From Alphaproteobacteria bacterium (GTDB lineage Bacteria; Pseudomonadota; Alphaproteobacteria; JAUHZC01), in the NCBI GenBank assembly GCA_030425805.1, contig JAUHZC010000002.1, positions 159,020 through 223,019 on the forward strand: DNA of 64,000 nt. Reading direction: 5' to 3'. Shown in pieces: positions 1 through 8,399 of the stretch. Numbering within the stretch: position 1 is the first letter of the stretch; the number at the start of each line of letters is the position of its first letter. The translations under genes were made by a program, and so were the position numbers. The notes below the pieces were generated by a model. That model saw only the letters and a list, made by a program, of their open reading frames with translations, ran no database searches and was not told the DNA's origin.

Positions 1-224
1 ATCCAGAGATTCTCAAGCAATCCCTTGTTACACAAGTCACAGCTTCTGTGCGGTGGCGGGAGTCCATGTCATACCTTCGGGATGAAGAAGGCATTGAAAC
101 TTTTGTTGAAATCGGTTCTGGCGCTGTCCTTTCCGGCCTAATGAAGCGGATTGATCGCCAAGCCACAGCCGTTTCTATTAATTCTGTTGAGGCCATGAGT
201 GCCTTTTTAAAACAAGCAGCTTAG
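1..224 (+). CDS. fabD: malonyl-CoA:ACP transacylase, C-terminal fragment (5' end outside window)
   Basis: Frame 3 translates to ...VRWRESMSYLRDEEGIETFVEIGSGAVLSGLMKRIDRQATAVSINSVEAMSAFLKQAA*. The FabD C-terminal motif context is present, it sits immediately upstream of fabG, and the stop is at 222-224. Confidence 0.6.
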   Translation, partial: PEILKQSLVTQVTASVRWRESMSYLRDEEGIETFVEIGSGAVLSGLMKRIDRQATAVSINSVEAMSAFLKQAA

Positions 225-234
225 GAGAAAATAT

Positions 235-972
235 ATGCTGAACTTTGAGAACAAACGCGCTCTTGTGACGGGAGCTTCTGGAGCCATTGGACGCGCCATT
301 GTAAAAGCCCTTCATGCCCAAGGCGCAACTGTTGCCATTTCAGGAACACGGGTGGAAGCCCTTGAGTCTCTTGCCAAAGAACTCGGGGACCGCTGTCATA
401 TTGTACCCTGCAAACTCAGTGATCCTGAGGCCGTCGCGCAGCTTATTCCTCAAGCGATTGAAGCCATGGGGGGTATTGATATTCTCATTAACAATGCTGG
501 TATTACCCGAGACAACCTTCTCATGCGGATGAAGCCAGAAGAGCGCGGAGATGTATTAAATATTAACCTTGAAGCCCCTATGGCTCTTTCTCAGGCTGCG
601 CTGAAGCCCATGATGAAGAATCGCTGGGGCCGCATCATCAATGTTTGTTCTGTTGTGGGATATACAGGAAACCCTGGTCAAACAAATTATTGCGCCTCAA
701 AAGCTGGACTTGTTGGATTTTCTAAGGCCTTGGCACAAGAAGTTGCCACCCGAGGCATTACGGTGAACTGTATTGCTCCTGGTTTTATTGAAAGCCCTAT
801 GACAGATAAACTAAATGAAGATCAACATAAAGCGATCCTTACCAAAATCCCCGCACAAAAAATGGGCACCGCACAGGATATTGCTAATGCTTGCGTTTTT
901 GCGGCTTCTGATGAATCTCAATACATGACTGGCCAGACCTTACACATCAACGGTGGTATGGCAATGTATTAG
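235..972 (+). CDS. fabG: 3-oxoacyl-[ACP] reductase
   Basis: 245 aa. N-terminal Rossmann motif TGASGAIGRAI and the SDR catalytic motifs NAG...YCASKAG are present. AGGAGA RBS lies 8 bp upstream. Standard fabD-fabG linkage. Confidence 0.93.
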   Translation: MLNFENKRALVTGASGAIGRAIVKALHAQGATVAISGTRVEALESLAKELGDRCHIVPCKLSDPEAVAQLIPQAIEAMGGIDILINNAGITRDNLLMRMKPEERGDVLNINLEAPMALSQAALKPMMKNRWGRIINVCSVVGYTGNPGQTNYCASKAGLVGFSKALAQEVATRGITVNCIAPGFIESPMTDKLNEDQHKAILTKIPAQKMGTAQDIANACVFAASDESQYMTGQTLHINGGMAMY

Positions 973-1007
973 GGAGCGAGAGTCTCCTATTCCCTAACCA
1001 GTTATGT

Positions 1008-1253
1008 GTGGATTCCGGGTTAAACCCGGAATGATCTTCTTTATAGGAAGAGAGATCGAAATTCCAGCGCAGGCTGGAATCCAGGACTCATTTCTTCCCT
1101 GCGAAAGCAGAGGGCTTTTTTTCCTGGACCCCGGATCAAATCCGGGGTTTCGAGGTAAGTACTAGTTTTTTGTCTTTCTAAGTCATCGCGAGCCCTGAAA
1201 GGGCGTGGCGATCCATAAGGTGCTTAGATTCCGGGTCAGGGCCCGGAATGACT
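1008..1253. repeat. cluster of four short palindromic hairpin elements of the ATTCCGG...CCGGAAT family, plus one copy of the dispersed CGCGATGAC repeat
   Basis: Seen directly. ATTCCGGGTT-A-AACCCGGAAT at about 1011-1031. ATTCCAGC-GCAG-GCTGGAAT at about 1061-1080. CCCCGGAT-CAA-ATCCGGGG at about 1128-1146. ATTCCGGG-TCAGGG-CCCGGAAT at about 1230-1251. AGTCATCGCGAGCCCTGAAAGGGCGTGGCGATCC at about 1181-1214. Confidence 0.6.
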
Positions 1254-2926
1254 TACTTCCCAGATCCCTGCCTCCGATGGAGCCTCATTCTTTTTATTAC
1301 TTCTGTCGCAATTAGGCTTAATTGCGCATGCGAAACACTCACAGTAACATAGTGAACGCGATTGAGATGTGCTTGCCGCCTTAACAGTCTTGACTGTAAT
1401 AACCAAACATAGGGCATAACTCTGGGATAGAACTGAGCATCAAGTATTGCTTTATCATCAAATCCACGTGCGAGACCAATCAAAGGCTTTTCCATCTTGC
1501 CACCAATACCAGAAAATATTTTTCCAATACGTATAGAATGAGCTTGTTGAGAAATGGGCCAACGCCTCATAAAGGCTTCTAAACCATAGTATTCTGCGAG
1601 TGCATTCAACGCCTTTGCTCCTCTAGGCTGGCTTTTGAAAAAAGGACCAACTTCTTTTAGAATGACGCCTGCAATTGGAGGCGTTACTGCAAAAGCAGGC
1701 TTAATGAGAAGACTAAGAAGAATCTGTGGAGAGAGAGGGGCTGCCCCAGGTCTCACTCGATATTCTTCCCTGCCAATTCGGATGACTCCCTCTTCAGGGT
1801 CAGGGTAAGTCTTTAGAAGGCATGTTTTTGCAGCACCAGATAATGTTGAACTTTTTGTTATCAATCCCCGAAGGGCACGTATTAATGCGTTAGTCACTTG
1901 TGTTGTGAGAGGATCATACCCAGCCTTCAATTCTCTATTCCCATAATATTGGTGATGCACTGGTCTATATACTGATTTCCCTGCATGATCAGAAAAACAT
2001 GGAGCTAAAATAAAAATTGTTACTAAGAGAGGATCAATCCCACTATGTCTTTCGAGATCATCTGGAAGAGAAATATGGGGATATGGCCTTGCAAGTTCCT
2101 GAAAAGTCTCCAAAGTCACAGCCTGCCCGCTTGTAGTGAAAGAAACATGACGCTCTGGTCGATGAATTTCACAACATACAATTTGGGGGCAGCTCAGAGG
2201 TGTTACGCCTAACCTCCCAAGCGTACTGTGGGCATGCCGAGGCATGTGGTCTGCACCCACACTGCTGGCAGCAGCCTCCTCATCTCCAGGAGCATAAGGT
2301 GTGCCCGTTTTAGGATTACATCTGGAAGCATCGTCCTCTACTTCATCTTCATATGCCCAAGGAATGCCACGCCTTTCTAATTCTCGTGCAAAGTATGCAG
2401 CATCTGCATATTTCAGCCCCGCTGTGGGGGCATCATGGGAAAGGGGGTGGCTTTTATCAAGGTTTGGAGCAGGCCTCATGCTCCTGTTTATAAGCACAAA
2501 TGTTTTTGGACCTAGCGTGACAGGGCCCACAACCTTAACTTCATCCTGTGACAAAAACAAAACGTTGCTAGGGTCTACAGGATGTATGATGGTACAAGCA
2601 GTATTCCACCCATAACAAGGCCGGTCAAGGCACCAAAAACTGACACCTGGCTGATATCTAGAGTTTGGCACAACAAGATCACACTTAGGATCGGTCTCCC
2701 TTGGCTGCATCAGTGGAATTTCTTCTCCCTTGAAAGTGATGCTTTTTCCAGAACAAGAGCATCCTGGCCTACACTGAATGCATGGGTACCCTATGTGAAC
2801 AAAGCGATGTCGTCCAGAACCTAATACGGTGTCATATTCCCCATAAACAGCAGATGGCTTTTCATCCCCTGCTGCTGCTGCAAATAAACCGGTAGAAAAC
2901 AATAAGAATAAAAGAAAAATATTCAC
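1253..2926 (-). CDS. hypothetical secreted Cys-rich protein
   Basis: 557-aa ORF. N-terminal signal peptide MNIFLLFLLFSTGLFAAAAG. Multiple Cys in the N-terminal third (CIQCRPGCSC). No family recognised by eye. Confidence 0.55.
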   Translation of the reverse strand: MNIFLLFLLFSTGLFAAAAGDEKPSAVYGEYDTVLGSGRHRFVHIGYPCIQCRPGCSCSGKSITFKGEEIPLMQPRETDPKCDLVVPNSRYQPGVSFWCLDRPCYGWNTACTIIHPVDPSNVLFLSQDEVKVVGPVTLGPKTFVLINRSMRPAPNLDKSHPLSHDAPTAGLKYADAAYFARELERRGIPWAYEDEVEDDASRCNPKTGTPYAPGDEEAAASSVGADHMPRHAHSTLGRLGVTPLSCPQIVCCEIHRPERHVSFTTSGQAVTLETFQELARPYPHISLPDDLERHSGIDPLLVTIFILAPCFSDHAGKSVYRPVHHQYYGNRELKAGYDPLTTQVTNALIRALRGLITKSSTLSGAAKTCLLKTYPDPEEGVIRIGREEYRVRPGAAPLSPQILLSLLIKPAFAVTPPIAGVILKEVGPFFKSQPRGAKALNALAEYYGLEAFMRRWPISQQAHSIRIGKIFSGIGGKMEKPLIGLARGFDDKAILDAQFYPRVMPYVWLLQSRLLRRQAHLNRVHYVTVSVSHAQLSLIATEVIKRMRLHRRQGSGK

Positions 2927-3026
2927 CCTTAAAATTAAACCTCATAAAAACAAACATAAAGATAGCTCTATAGAAAAAAAATTCAATTATTTTCCATCGA
3001 ATTACAGTAAAAATATTAACCCTCCC

Positions 3027-3052
3027 ACAAAAAAACCCCGACAATGTCGGGG
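3027..3052 (-). terminator. rho-independent terminator downstream of rplY
   Basis: CCCCGACAATGTCGGGG hairpin. On the minus strand it is followed by a T-run (complement of AAAAAA at 3030-3035). Confidence 0.5.
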
Positions 3053-3088
3053 TTCTTAAAAATTCTCAAAACAAGAGAGGAAAGAGGC

Positions 3089-3748
3089 TTACGCGTCGCC
3101 TTCTGATGCGCCTTCACCTTCACCACCTTCTGCTTCTTCACCTTCACCTTCTTCGGCTTCTTCCGCAGCATTTTGTGACTTGACGCTAGAAGGCGCCACA
3201 ATCGTTGCCAAAGTTGCGGTTTCGGAAAGCTTCACTGGTGCTAACCCTTCAGGAAGGTCAACTTCATTCAAATGGAATGTTTTGTTCAAAGGTGCCCCAT
3301 CAAGATCAATCTCGATGTAAGGAGGGATATTTGCTGGATCGCACTTACAAAGCAGCTCATGAACAACGATGTTCAATACACCCCCACGCTTAAGCCCAGG
3401 AGACTTCATATCGTTGATGTAATGCACAGGCACGGCAACCTTAACAGAAACACCTTTTTCAACACGTTGAAAATCAACATGCATGGGTTGATCTGTCACA
3501 GGATGCGCCTGAATACCACGTGGCAAGACTTTCGTCACTTTGCCTTCAACATCCAAGTCAATGACTCTCGCCAAGAAACCTTCTTGGTGAAGTGCTTTTA
3601 AGGCATCACGTGCGTCAATAGCAACGGATTCAGGATCCTTGCCAGCCCCATAAACAGTCCCGGGGACCATAGCTTGGCGACGAACTTCCCGGGAAGCTCC
3701 AGTTCCTAATCTTTCCCGGCGTTGTGCAGCCATTGCTGAAATAGACAT
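3089..3748 (-). CDS. rplY: 50S ribosomal protein L25 / general stress protein Ctc
   Basis: 219 aa. L25 N-terminal domain (RRERLGTGASR...VPGTVYG) followed by an acidic Glu/Gly-rich tail typical of the Ctc form. Directly downstream of prs. Confidence 0.9.
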   Translation of the reverse strand: MSISAMAAQRRERLGTGASREVRRQAMVPGTVYGAGKDPESVAIDARDALKALHQEGFLARVIDLDVEGKVTKVLPRGIQAHPVTDQPMHVDFQRVEKGVSVKVAVPVHYINDMKSPGLKRGGVLNIVVHELLCKCDPANIPPYIEIDLDGAPLNKTFHLNEVDLPEGLAPVKLSETATLATIVAPSSVKSQNAAEEAEEGEGEEAEGGEGEGASEGDA

Positions 3749-3758
3749 AATAATACTC

Positions 3759-4700
3759 CTAGAACGGGTCTACAAAATTCAATAATGATTTCTCTTCGTG
3801 TATGCTTTTTATCCCGTTTGATAGGGTTTTTGCAACGGAAATTTTACCTATTTTGCCAAAAACTTCAATTTTTTTATCTATAGGCAGAGAATCTGTGATC
3901 CAAATTTGGTCAATTTTGGCCTGTGAAAGCCTCTCTAAGGCCCCATCTCCCAAGACGCCATGAGTCAAAAAGGCCTGAACCTGAGACGCGCCATTCTTCC
4001 TCAGCGCCTCCGCACAAGCAACAAGTGTACGCCCCGAATCCACAATATCATCGACAATCAAACAAGACCGATCTTGCACATCTCCCATCACATGCATCAC
4101 CTCAGGAGCATTTTGAGCGTTACGCCGCTTATCAATCACAGCAAGATCGAGTCCAAGCACCTCTGCAAAAGCCCGAGCGCGCTTTAATCCACCAACGTCT
4201 GGAGAAATAATCATGGGGTGAAACGATTCTAATTTTGCATCTGCAAGGAACTGCTGAAAAACCTGGCATCCTGAGAGGTTATCAAGGGGAATGTTAAAAA
4301 ATCCTTGAAGCTGCGGTGCATGAAGATCAACTGTCAGCACCCGGTCTGCCCCTGCTGCAGTGAGTAGGTCAGCAACAAGCTTGGCTGTAATGGGAGTTCC
4401 AGGCGCAGTTTTACGATCTTGTCGGGCATAGCCAAAATAGGGAATAACTGCTGTAATCCGCCGCGCAGATCCCCGCCGAGCTGCATCAATCAGAATCGCA
4501 AGCTCCATAATGCTGTCATTCACAGCCCCGCCAGTGGGTTGGATAATAAATACATCCTCACCTCGGAGATTTTCCTGGATTTGCACAAGAATTTCCCCAT
4601 CTGAAAATGTCTTGAAATCGACAGGGGTGAGGGTCACACCGCACTGCTGCGCAACTTCTTGGCTCAGTTGTGGATGAAGAGTTCCGGAGAGAAGTTTCAT
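3759..4700 (-). CDS. prs: ribose-phosphate pyrophosphokinase
   Basis: 313 aa. PRPP-binding motif DDIVDSGRT and the conserved HAPQLQGFF region. prs-rplY order is conserved. Confidence 0.93.
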   Translation of the reverse strand: MKLLSGTLHPQLSQEVAQQCGVTLTPVDFKTFSDGEILVQIQENLRGEDVFIIQPTGGAVNDSIMELAILIDAARRGSARRITAVIPYFGYARQDRKTAPGTPITAKLVADLLTAAGADRVLTVDLHAPQLQGFFNIPLDNLSGCQVFQQFLADAKLESFHPMIISPDVGGLKRARAFAEVLGLDLAVIDKRRNAQNAPEVMHVMGDVQDRSCLIVDDIVDSGRTLVACAEALRKNGASQVQAFLTHGVLGDGALERLSQAKIDQIWITDSLPIDKKIEVFGKIGKISVAKTLSNGIKSIHEEKSLLNFVDPF

Positions 4701-4780
4701 GGGATCTCCCTAAAAAAAGTCCTTGTTAGTGTGCCCCGAAACCTCTTAAATGGGAAGAGACTTTCCGGTGGGTTGAAAAA

Positions 4781-5524
4781 ATGAAATCTATCATTGGCTT
4801 ATGTGCACTTATTCTTACGCTTTGTGGATGTGAGGAAACACACCCCAGGGGAGAGCTCATTGTTCTCACATCTGCAGACAATCCCCCTTTTGAGTCTTTT
4901 GACACCCAAAACTACGGCTTTAAGGGATACGATGTTGATCTCGCCAGAGCCCTGGCCAAAAAATTGGGAAAAAAATTAGAAATCGTTGAGATGCCCTTTT
5001 CTGTTCTGATCCCCGCCTTAAAATCCGGACGGGGGGATATGATTTTTGCAGCTCTGACACCAAGTGATGAACGGGCAAAAAATATTGATTTTTCAACCCC
5101 CTACTTCAAAAACCCTGTTTATCTTTTAGCAAAAAAATCTCTGAATTATGCCCCTAAAACTGGTGTGCAGGGGCTCCGGATTGGCGTCCAGCAAGGCTCC
5201 ACCTATGAGTCATACTATATGGAACTGAGCAGCCCTGAACTCCAATTTGACCTCAGGGGCTTTTCTAAGATTGGCGAAGTCATCCAAGAGCTTCTCAACA
5301 ATCGGATTGATGTTGCCGTGATGGGAAGTAAAGCCGCAGAGACCTTTGCAAAGAACCACCCCACGTTAAAAATTATTCCACTTCCAGGAGCCACCACAAC
5401 CTTTGCCGCAGGCTTCCGGAAAGGCTCCCCTCTCAAGTCCGATGTTGACCAGGCACTGAAAGAACTTCGCAAAGAGGGGTTTTTTGACAGCTTAGAAAAA
5501 AAATGGCTGTCATCCAAGGTCTGA
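4781..5524 (+). CDS. polar amino-acid ABC transporter substrate-binding lipoprotein
   Basis: 247 aa. Lipobox LTLCGC. Family-3 SBP architecture. Followed by permease and ATPase genes. Confidence 0.85.
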   Translation: MKSIIGLCALILTLCGCEETHPRGELIVLTSADNPPFESFDTQNYGFKGYDVDLARALAKKLGKKLEIVEMPFSVLIPALKSGRGDMIFAALTPSDERAKNIDFSTPYFKNPVYLLAKKSLNYAPKTGVQGLRIGVQQGSTYESYYMELSSPELQFDLRGFSKIGEVIQELLNNRIDVAVMGSKAAETFAKNHPTLKIIPLPGATTTFAAGFRKGSPLKSDVDQALKELRKEGFFDSLEKKWLSSKV

Positions 5525-5542
5525 AACGTGTAGGTTTTAGGA

Positions 5543-6250
5543 ATGTTAGACGGATTTGTCACAACAATTGACCAGGCAATGGGGCTGAATTTTACAGCCG
5601 TCCTCCCTTCCCTGCCCTTTCTACTTGCAGGGATTGGGACAACGCTCCTGTACACGTTTATTCCCCTCACCATTGGTCTCTTCCTGGGTATGATTCTCAG
5701 TGGGATGCGGCTGACACGCCATCCTCTTCTAAGGGGGGTTGTCACTGTTTACGTCTCAATTTTCCGAGGCACGCCGATTCTGGTGCAGCTTGCCCTCATC
5801 TATTTTGCAACACCACAGCTCACGGGCTATGAGATTCCAGCTTTTCAGGCGGGTATTCTCTCTCTCAGTCTGAACTCTGCTGCTTATATCAGTGAGATCT
5901 TCCGCGGGGGCATTCGAGCAGTCCACAAGGGACAATGGGAAGCTGCTGCAACTTTAGGCCTGACCCGCACCCAAACCTTGAAGAAGGTGATTTTCCCTCA
6001 GGTTATCCCTCAGGTTATTCCCGCACTGGTGAATGAGTCTGTAGACCTTTTGAAAGAATCTGCCTTGGTTTCCACCATTGGCGCCTGGGACCTGATGCGG
6101 CGGGCAAATATGATTGCAGCTGAGAAATATGTCTTTTTTGAACCCTTACTGATTGTGGCGCTCATCTATTACATCCTTGTGATGATTCTCACGGCGACTG
6201 TCCATACCCTGGAGCAATGGCGTGCGAAGAAGAAAGGAGTTCGCCTATGA
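5543..6250 (+). CDS. amino-acid ABC transporter permease (His/Gln/Arg family)
   Basis: 235 aa. Multiple TM helices and the EAA-like loop region ATLGLTRTQTLKKVIFPQ. Confidence 0.85.
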   Translation: MLDGFVTTIDQAMGLNFTAVLPSLPFLLAGIGTTLLYTFIPLTIGLFLGMILSGMRLTRHPLLRGVVTVYVSIFRGTPILVQLALIYFATPQLTGYEIPAFQAGILSLSLNSAAYISEIFRGGIRAVHKGQWEAAATLGLTRTQTLKKVIFPQVIPQVIPALVNESVDLLKESALVSTIGAWDLMRRANMIAAEKYVFFEPLLIVALIYYILVMILTATVHTLEQWRAKKKGVRL

Positions 6251-6972
6251 GACTCCAAGCTTGCAGCCTTGAAAAATCCTTCGGAACAAAGCACGTCTTA
6301 AAAGGCGTTTCCCTAGATGTTCAGCAGGGAGAAAAAGTGACCCTCCTGGGACCTTCTGGATCTGGGAAGTCAACGTTACTTCGCTGCCTGAATGGGCTTG
6401 AGCATCCCTCTTCAGGAGAAATCCTTGTTGACGGTGAGACACTGCACTCCCCTCTCCAGGCGGCAACACGCGGTATTGGCATGGTCTTCCAGAGCTTTAA
6501 TCTTTTCCCGCATCTTAATGTTCTTGAGAATGTTGCCATGGGGTTGATTCATGCCTTTAAGAAGCCCCGGGAAGAAGCCTACAAAATTGCCAAAGAAAAG
6601 CTTGCAAAAGTGGGTTTGCAGGGCTTTGAGAAATCGTTTCCAGATGATATTTCTGGGGGGCAAAAGCAGAGAGTTGCGATTGCGAGAACCCTTGCCCTCT
6701 CCCCTCAAGCCATTTTATTTGATGAGCCTACCTCTGCCCTCGATCCAGAAAACGTTGGTGAAGTTTTGTCTGTCATTGAATCTCTTACTGCTGATAAAAT
6801 TACGATGGTGCTTGTCACCCATCAAATGGCTTTTGCCCGTAAGGTTTCTGACCGGATTGTCTTTATGGACGAGGGGAAGATTCTCCATATTCAGCCAGCA
6901 GAAGATTTCTTCAACACCCCTGCTAGCGATCGGGCTGCGCAATTCCTTGAAAAGGTCAAAAAATACGGCTAG
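6247..6972 (+). CDS. amino-acid ABC transporter ATP-binding protein
   Basis: Walker A GPSGSGKST, signature LSGGQKQR, Walker B ILFDEPTSALD. Start placed at the ATG at 6247 (MRLQACSL...), which forms an ATGA overlap with the permease stop. The longer ORF starting at 6217 is probably not used. Confidence 0.9.
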   Translation: MRLQACSLEKSFGTKHVLKGVSLDVQQGEKVTLLGPSGSGKSTLLRCLNGLEHPSSGEILVDGETLHSPLQAATRGIGMVFQSFNLFPHLNVLENVAMGLIHAFKKPREEAYKIAKEKLAKVGLQGFEKSFPDDISGGQKQRVAIARTLALSPQAILFDEPTSALDPENVGEVLSVIESLTADKITMVLVTHQMAFARKVSDRIVFMDEGKILHIQPAEDFFNTPASDRAAQFLEKVKKYG

Positions 6973-7006
6973 ACTCGTTCTCATAATGACTTTATGAGAC
7001 AGGGCT

Positions 7007-8305
7007 GTGCGACTAAACCTCCTTCTTTTTCTCTTTTCCCTTATATTTGTGACGGAAAACACATGGGCCCATAAATCAAAACCAAAGCCCAAGCCAGAGA
7101 CTTCCGGGCTCAAGCATGAAGACTACTTTACAGGCGCCAAAGAAGATCCTGACCTTCTTGCGCGCATCAAAGAGGCTATGGCTTTATTTAACCGGGAAGA
7201 ACCCCGGAATTTCTACCAGAAGCTTCAGGCAGACCGTGATCTTCGGGATGACTTCTTTGCGGGAAAGCTTTCTCCAGCATCCCTCAGACTAAATGATGAT
7301 GAGTTTACTCTTCTCCAAATCCTCGCAATTCAAAACCCCCGTATTTATGATGCAACATCTCATCCGGCCTTCCCTTTTGAAATTGACTTGAATGTATTCA
7401 ATCGGGAAATGATGGAGACTTTGGTTGACTTGCGCTTGCTCCCAAAAAAGGGACTCACTTATCTGATGACACCAAAGACGTTCGACCCTTTTGTTACATA
7501 CTTTGGGGGGAAGAAAGGAAAGCCGCCCCTCTCCCTTCACCTCATTGGGTTTGAGCAGGGCGTCCTTGTCCGAGCAACAACACTTCCCATGCTGCTCGAA
7601 AAATTCCAAGAACATGCTGAGGGGCTGCATCTGAAAGTAGAAGACGAACCCATCAGCCCCCCAAAAACCATTGCTGCTGTTCTTAAAACCTTGCAGCGGG
7701 GATTTGAAAAGAGGCATTTTACAAAACTTAAAACGCTCCACCTGACCTTTCCATTCAAAACTCAGGCAACAACACCCAAACTCCGTCTCTCCCATGAAGG
7801 AGCTTTAGTGGCAGCCCTTGTGATTCAGCTCTTGCGACAGATTAAGAGCATGGAGGATGTTTCTCTCTTCTTCCAGTTTGTGAATGATAAAGATATGACA
7901 CATGGTCAGCCCATTTGGTTTAAGCTTGAAAAATTCACTGTCTCTCCAGATCAGTATCTAGATCAAAAAGAAGTTGAGAAGCTAAAGCTCAAAGAAGACC
8001 CTATGCCGGCGCTTTACCATTACCGCCTTGCAAGCCCCATGGGATACATCGAGACAGAGAGTTTGAAAAAATTCCGCAGAAAAGCAGAAGGAACTATTCG
8101 TATGCTTGATGGAAAATCTTGGGCCTTTAAGCACCGCCGGGACCGTAAGCGTTCTCAAAAGAAAGCAAAGAAAAAAGAGAAACCTCTATCAAAAAAAGAA
8201 GTTTCAAAGCGCCCTGTCGCAACGGAAAAACCACAGAAGAAAATGCTTGATGAGGCCGAAGATCCCGGCGTCTTCATAGAACCCTATGAAGAGCCGGTGG
8301 AATAA
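7007..8305 (+). CDS. hypothetical secreted protein with Lys-rich basic C-terminal tail
   Basis: 432 aa. Apparent GTG start at 7007. Signal peptide MRLNLLLFLFSLIFVTENTWA. The C-terminal 70 aa are KRSQKKAKKKEKPLSKKE... Confidence 0.5.
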   Translation: MRLNLLLFLFSLIFVTENTWAHKSKPKPKPETSGLKHEDYFTGAKEDPDLLARIKEAMALFNREEPRNFYQKLQADRDLRDDFFAGKLSPASLRLNDDEFTLLQILAIQNPRIYDATSHPAFPFEIDLNVFNREMMETLVDLRLLPKKGLTYLMTPKTFDPFVTYFGGKKGKPPLSLHLIGFEQGVLVRATTLPMLLEKFQEHAEGLHLKVEDEPISPPKTIAAVLKTLQRGFEKRHFTKLKTLHLTFPFKTQATTPKLRLSHEGALVAALVIQLLRQIKSMEDVSLFFQFVNDKDMTHGQPIWFKLEKFTVSPDQYLDQKEVEKLKLKEDPMPALYHYRLASPMGYIETESLKKFRRKAEGTIRMLDGKSWAFKHRRDRKRSQKKAKKKEKPLSKKEVSKRPVATEKPQKKMLDEAEDPGVFIEPYEEPVE

Positions 8306-8399
8306 GTCTCCTGGCCACACTCAAAAAAATTATGCTCCTCTTCCTTTACTTTGCATTTCATTGACACTACTTTGAACAAAAAAGTTCAGGGAGCAGAGA

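Noticed and set aside
5215-5745. 176-aa minus-strand ORF overlapping the ABC binding-protein and permease genes
   Set aside because: It is antisense to two well-supported transporter genes and has no independent evidence.
6217-6246. Upstream extension of the ABC ATPase ORF (MACEEERSSP...)
   Set aside because: It would overlap the permease by 34 bp. The ATG at 6247 gives the canonical N-terminus and an ATGA stop-start overlap.
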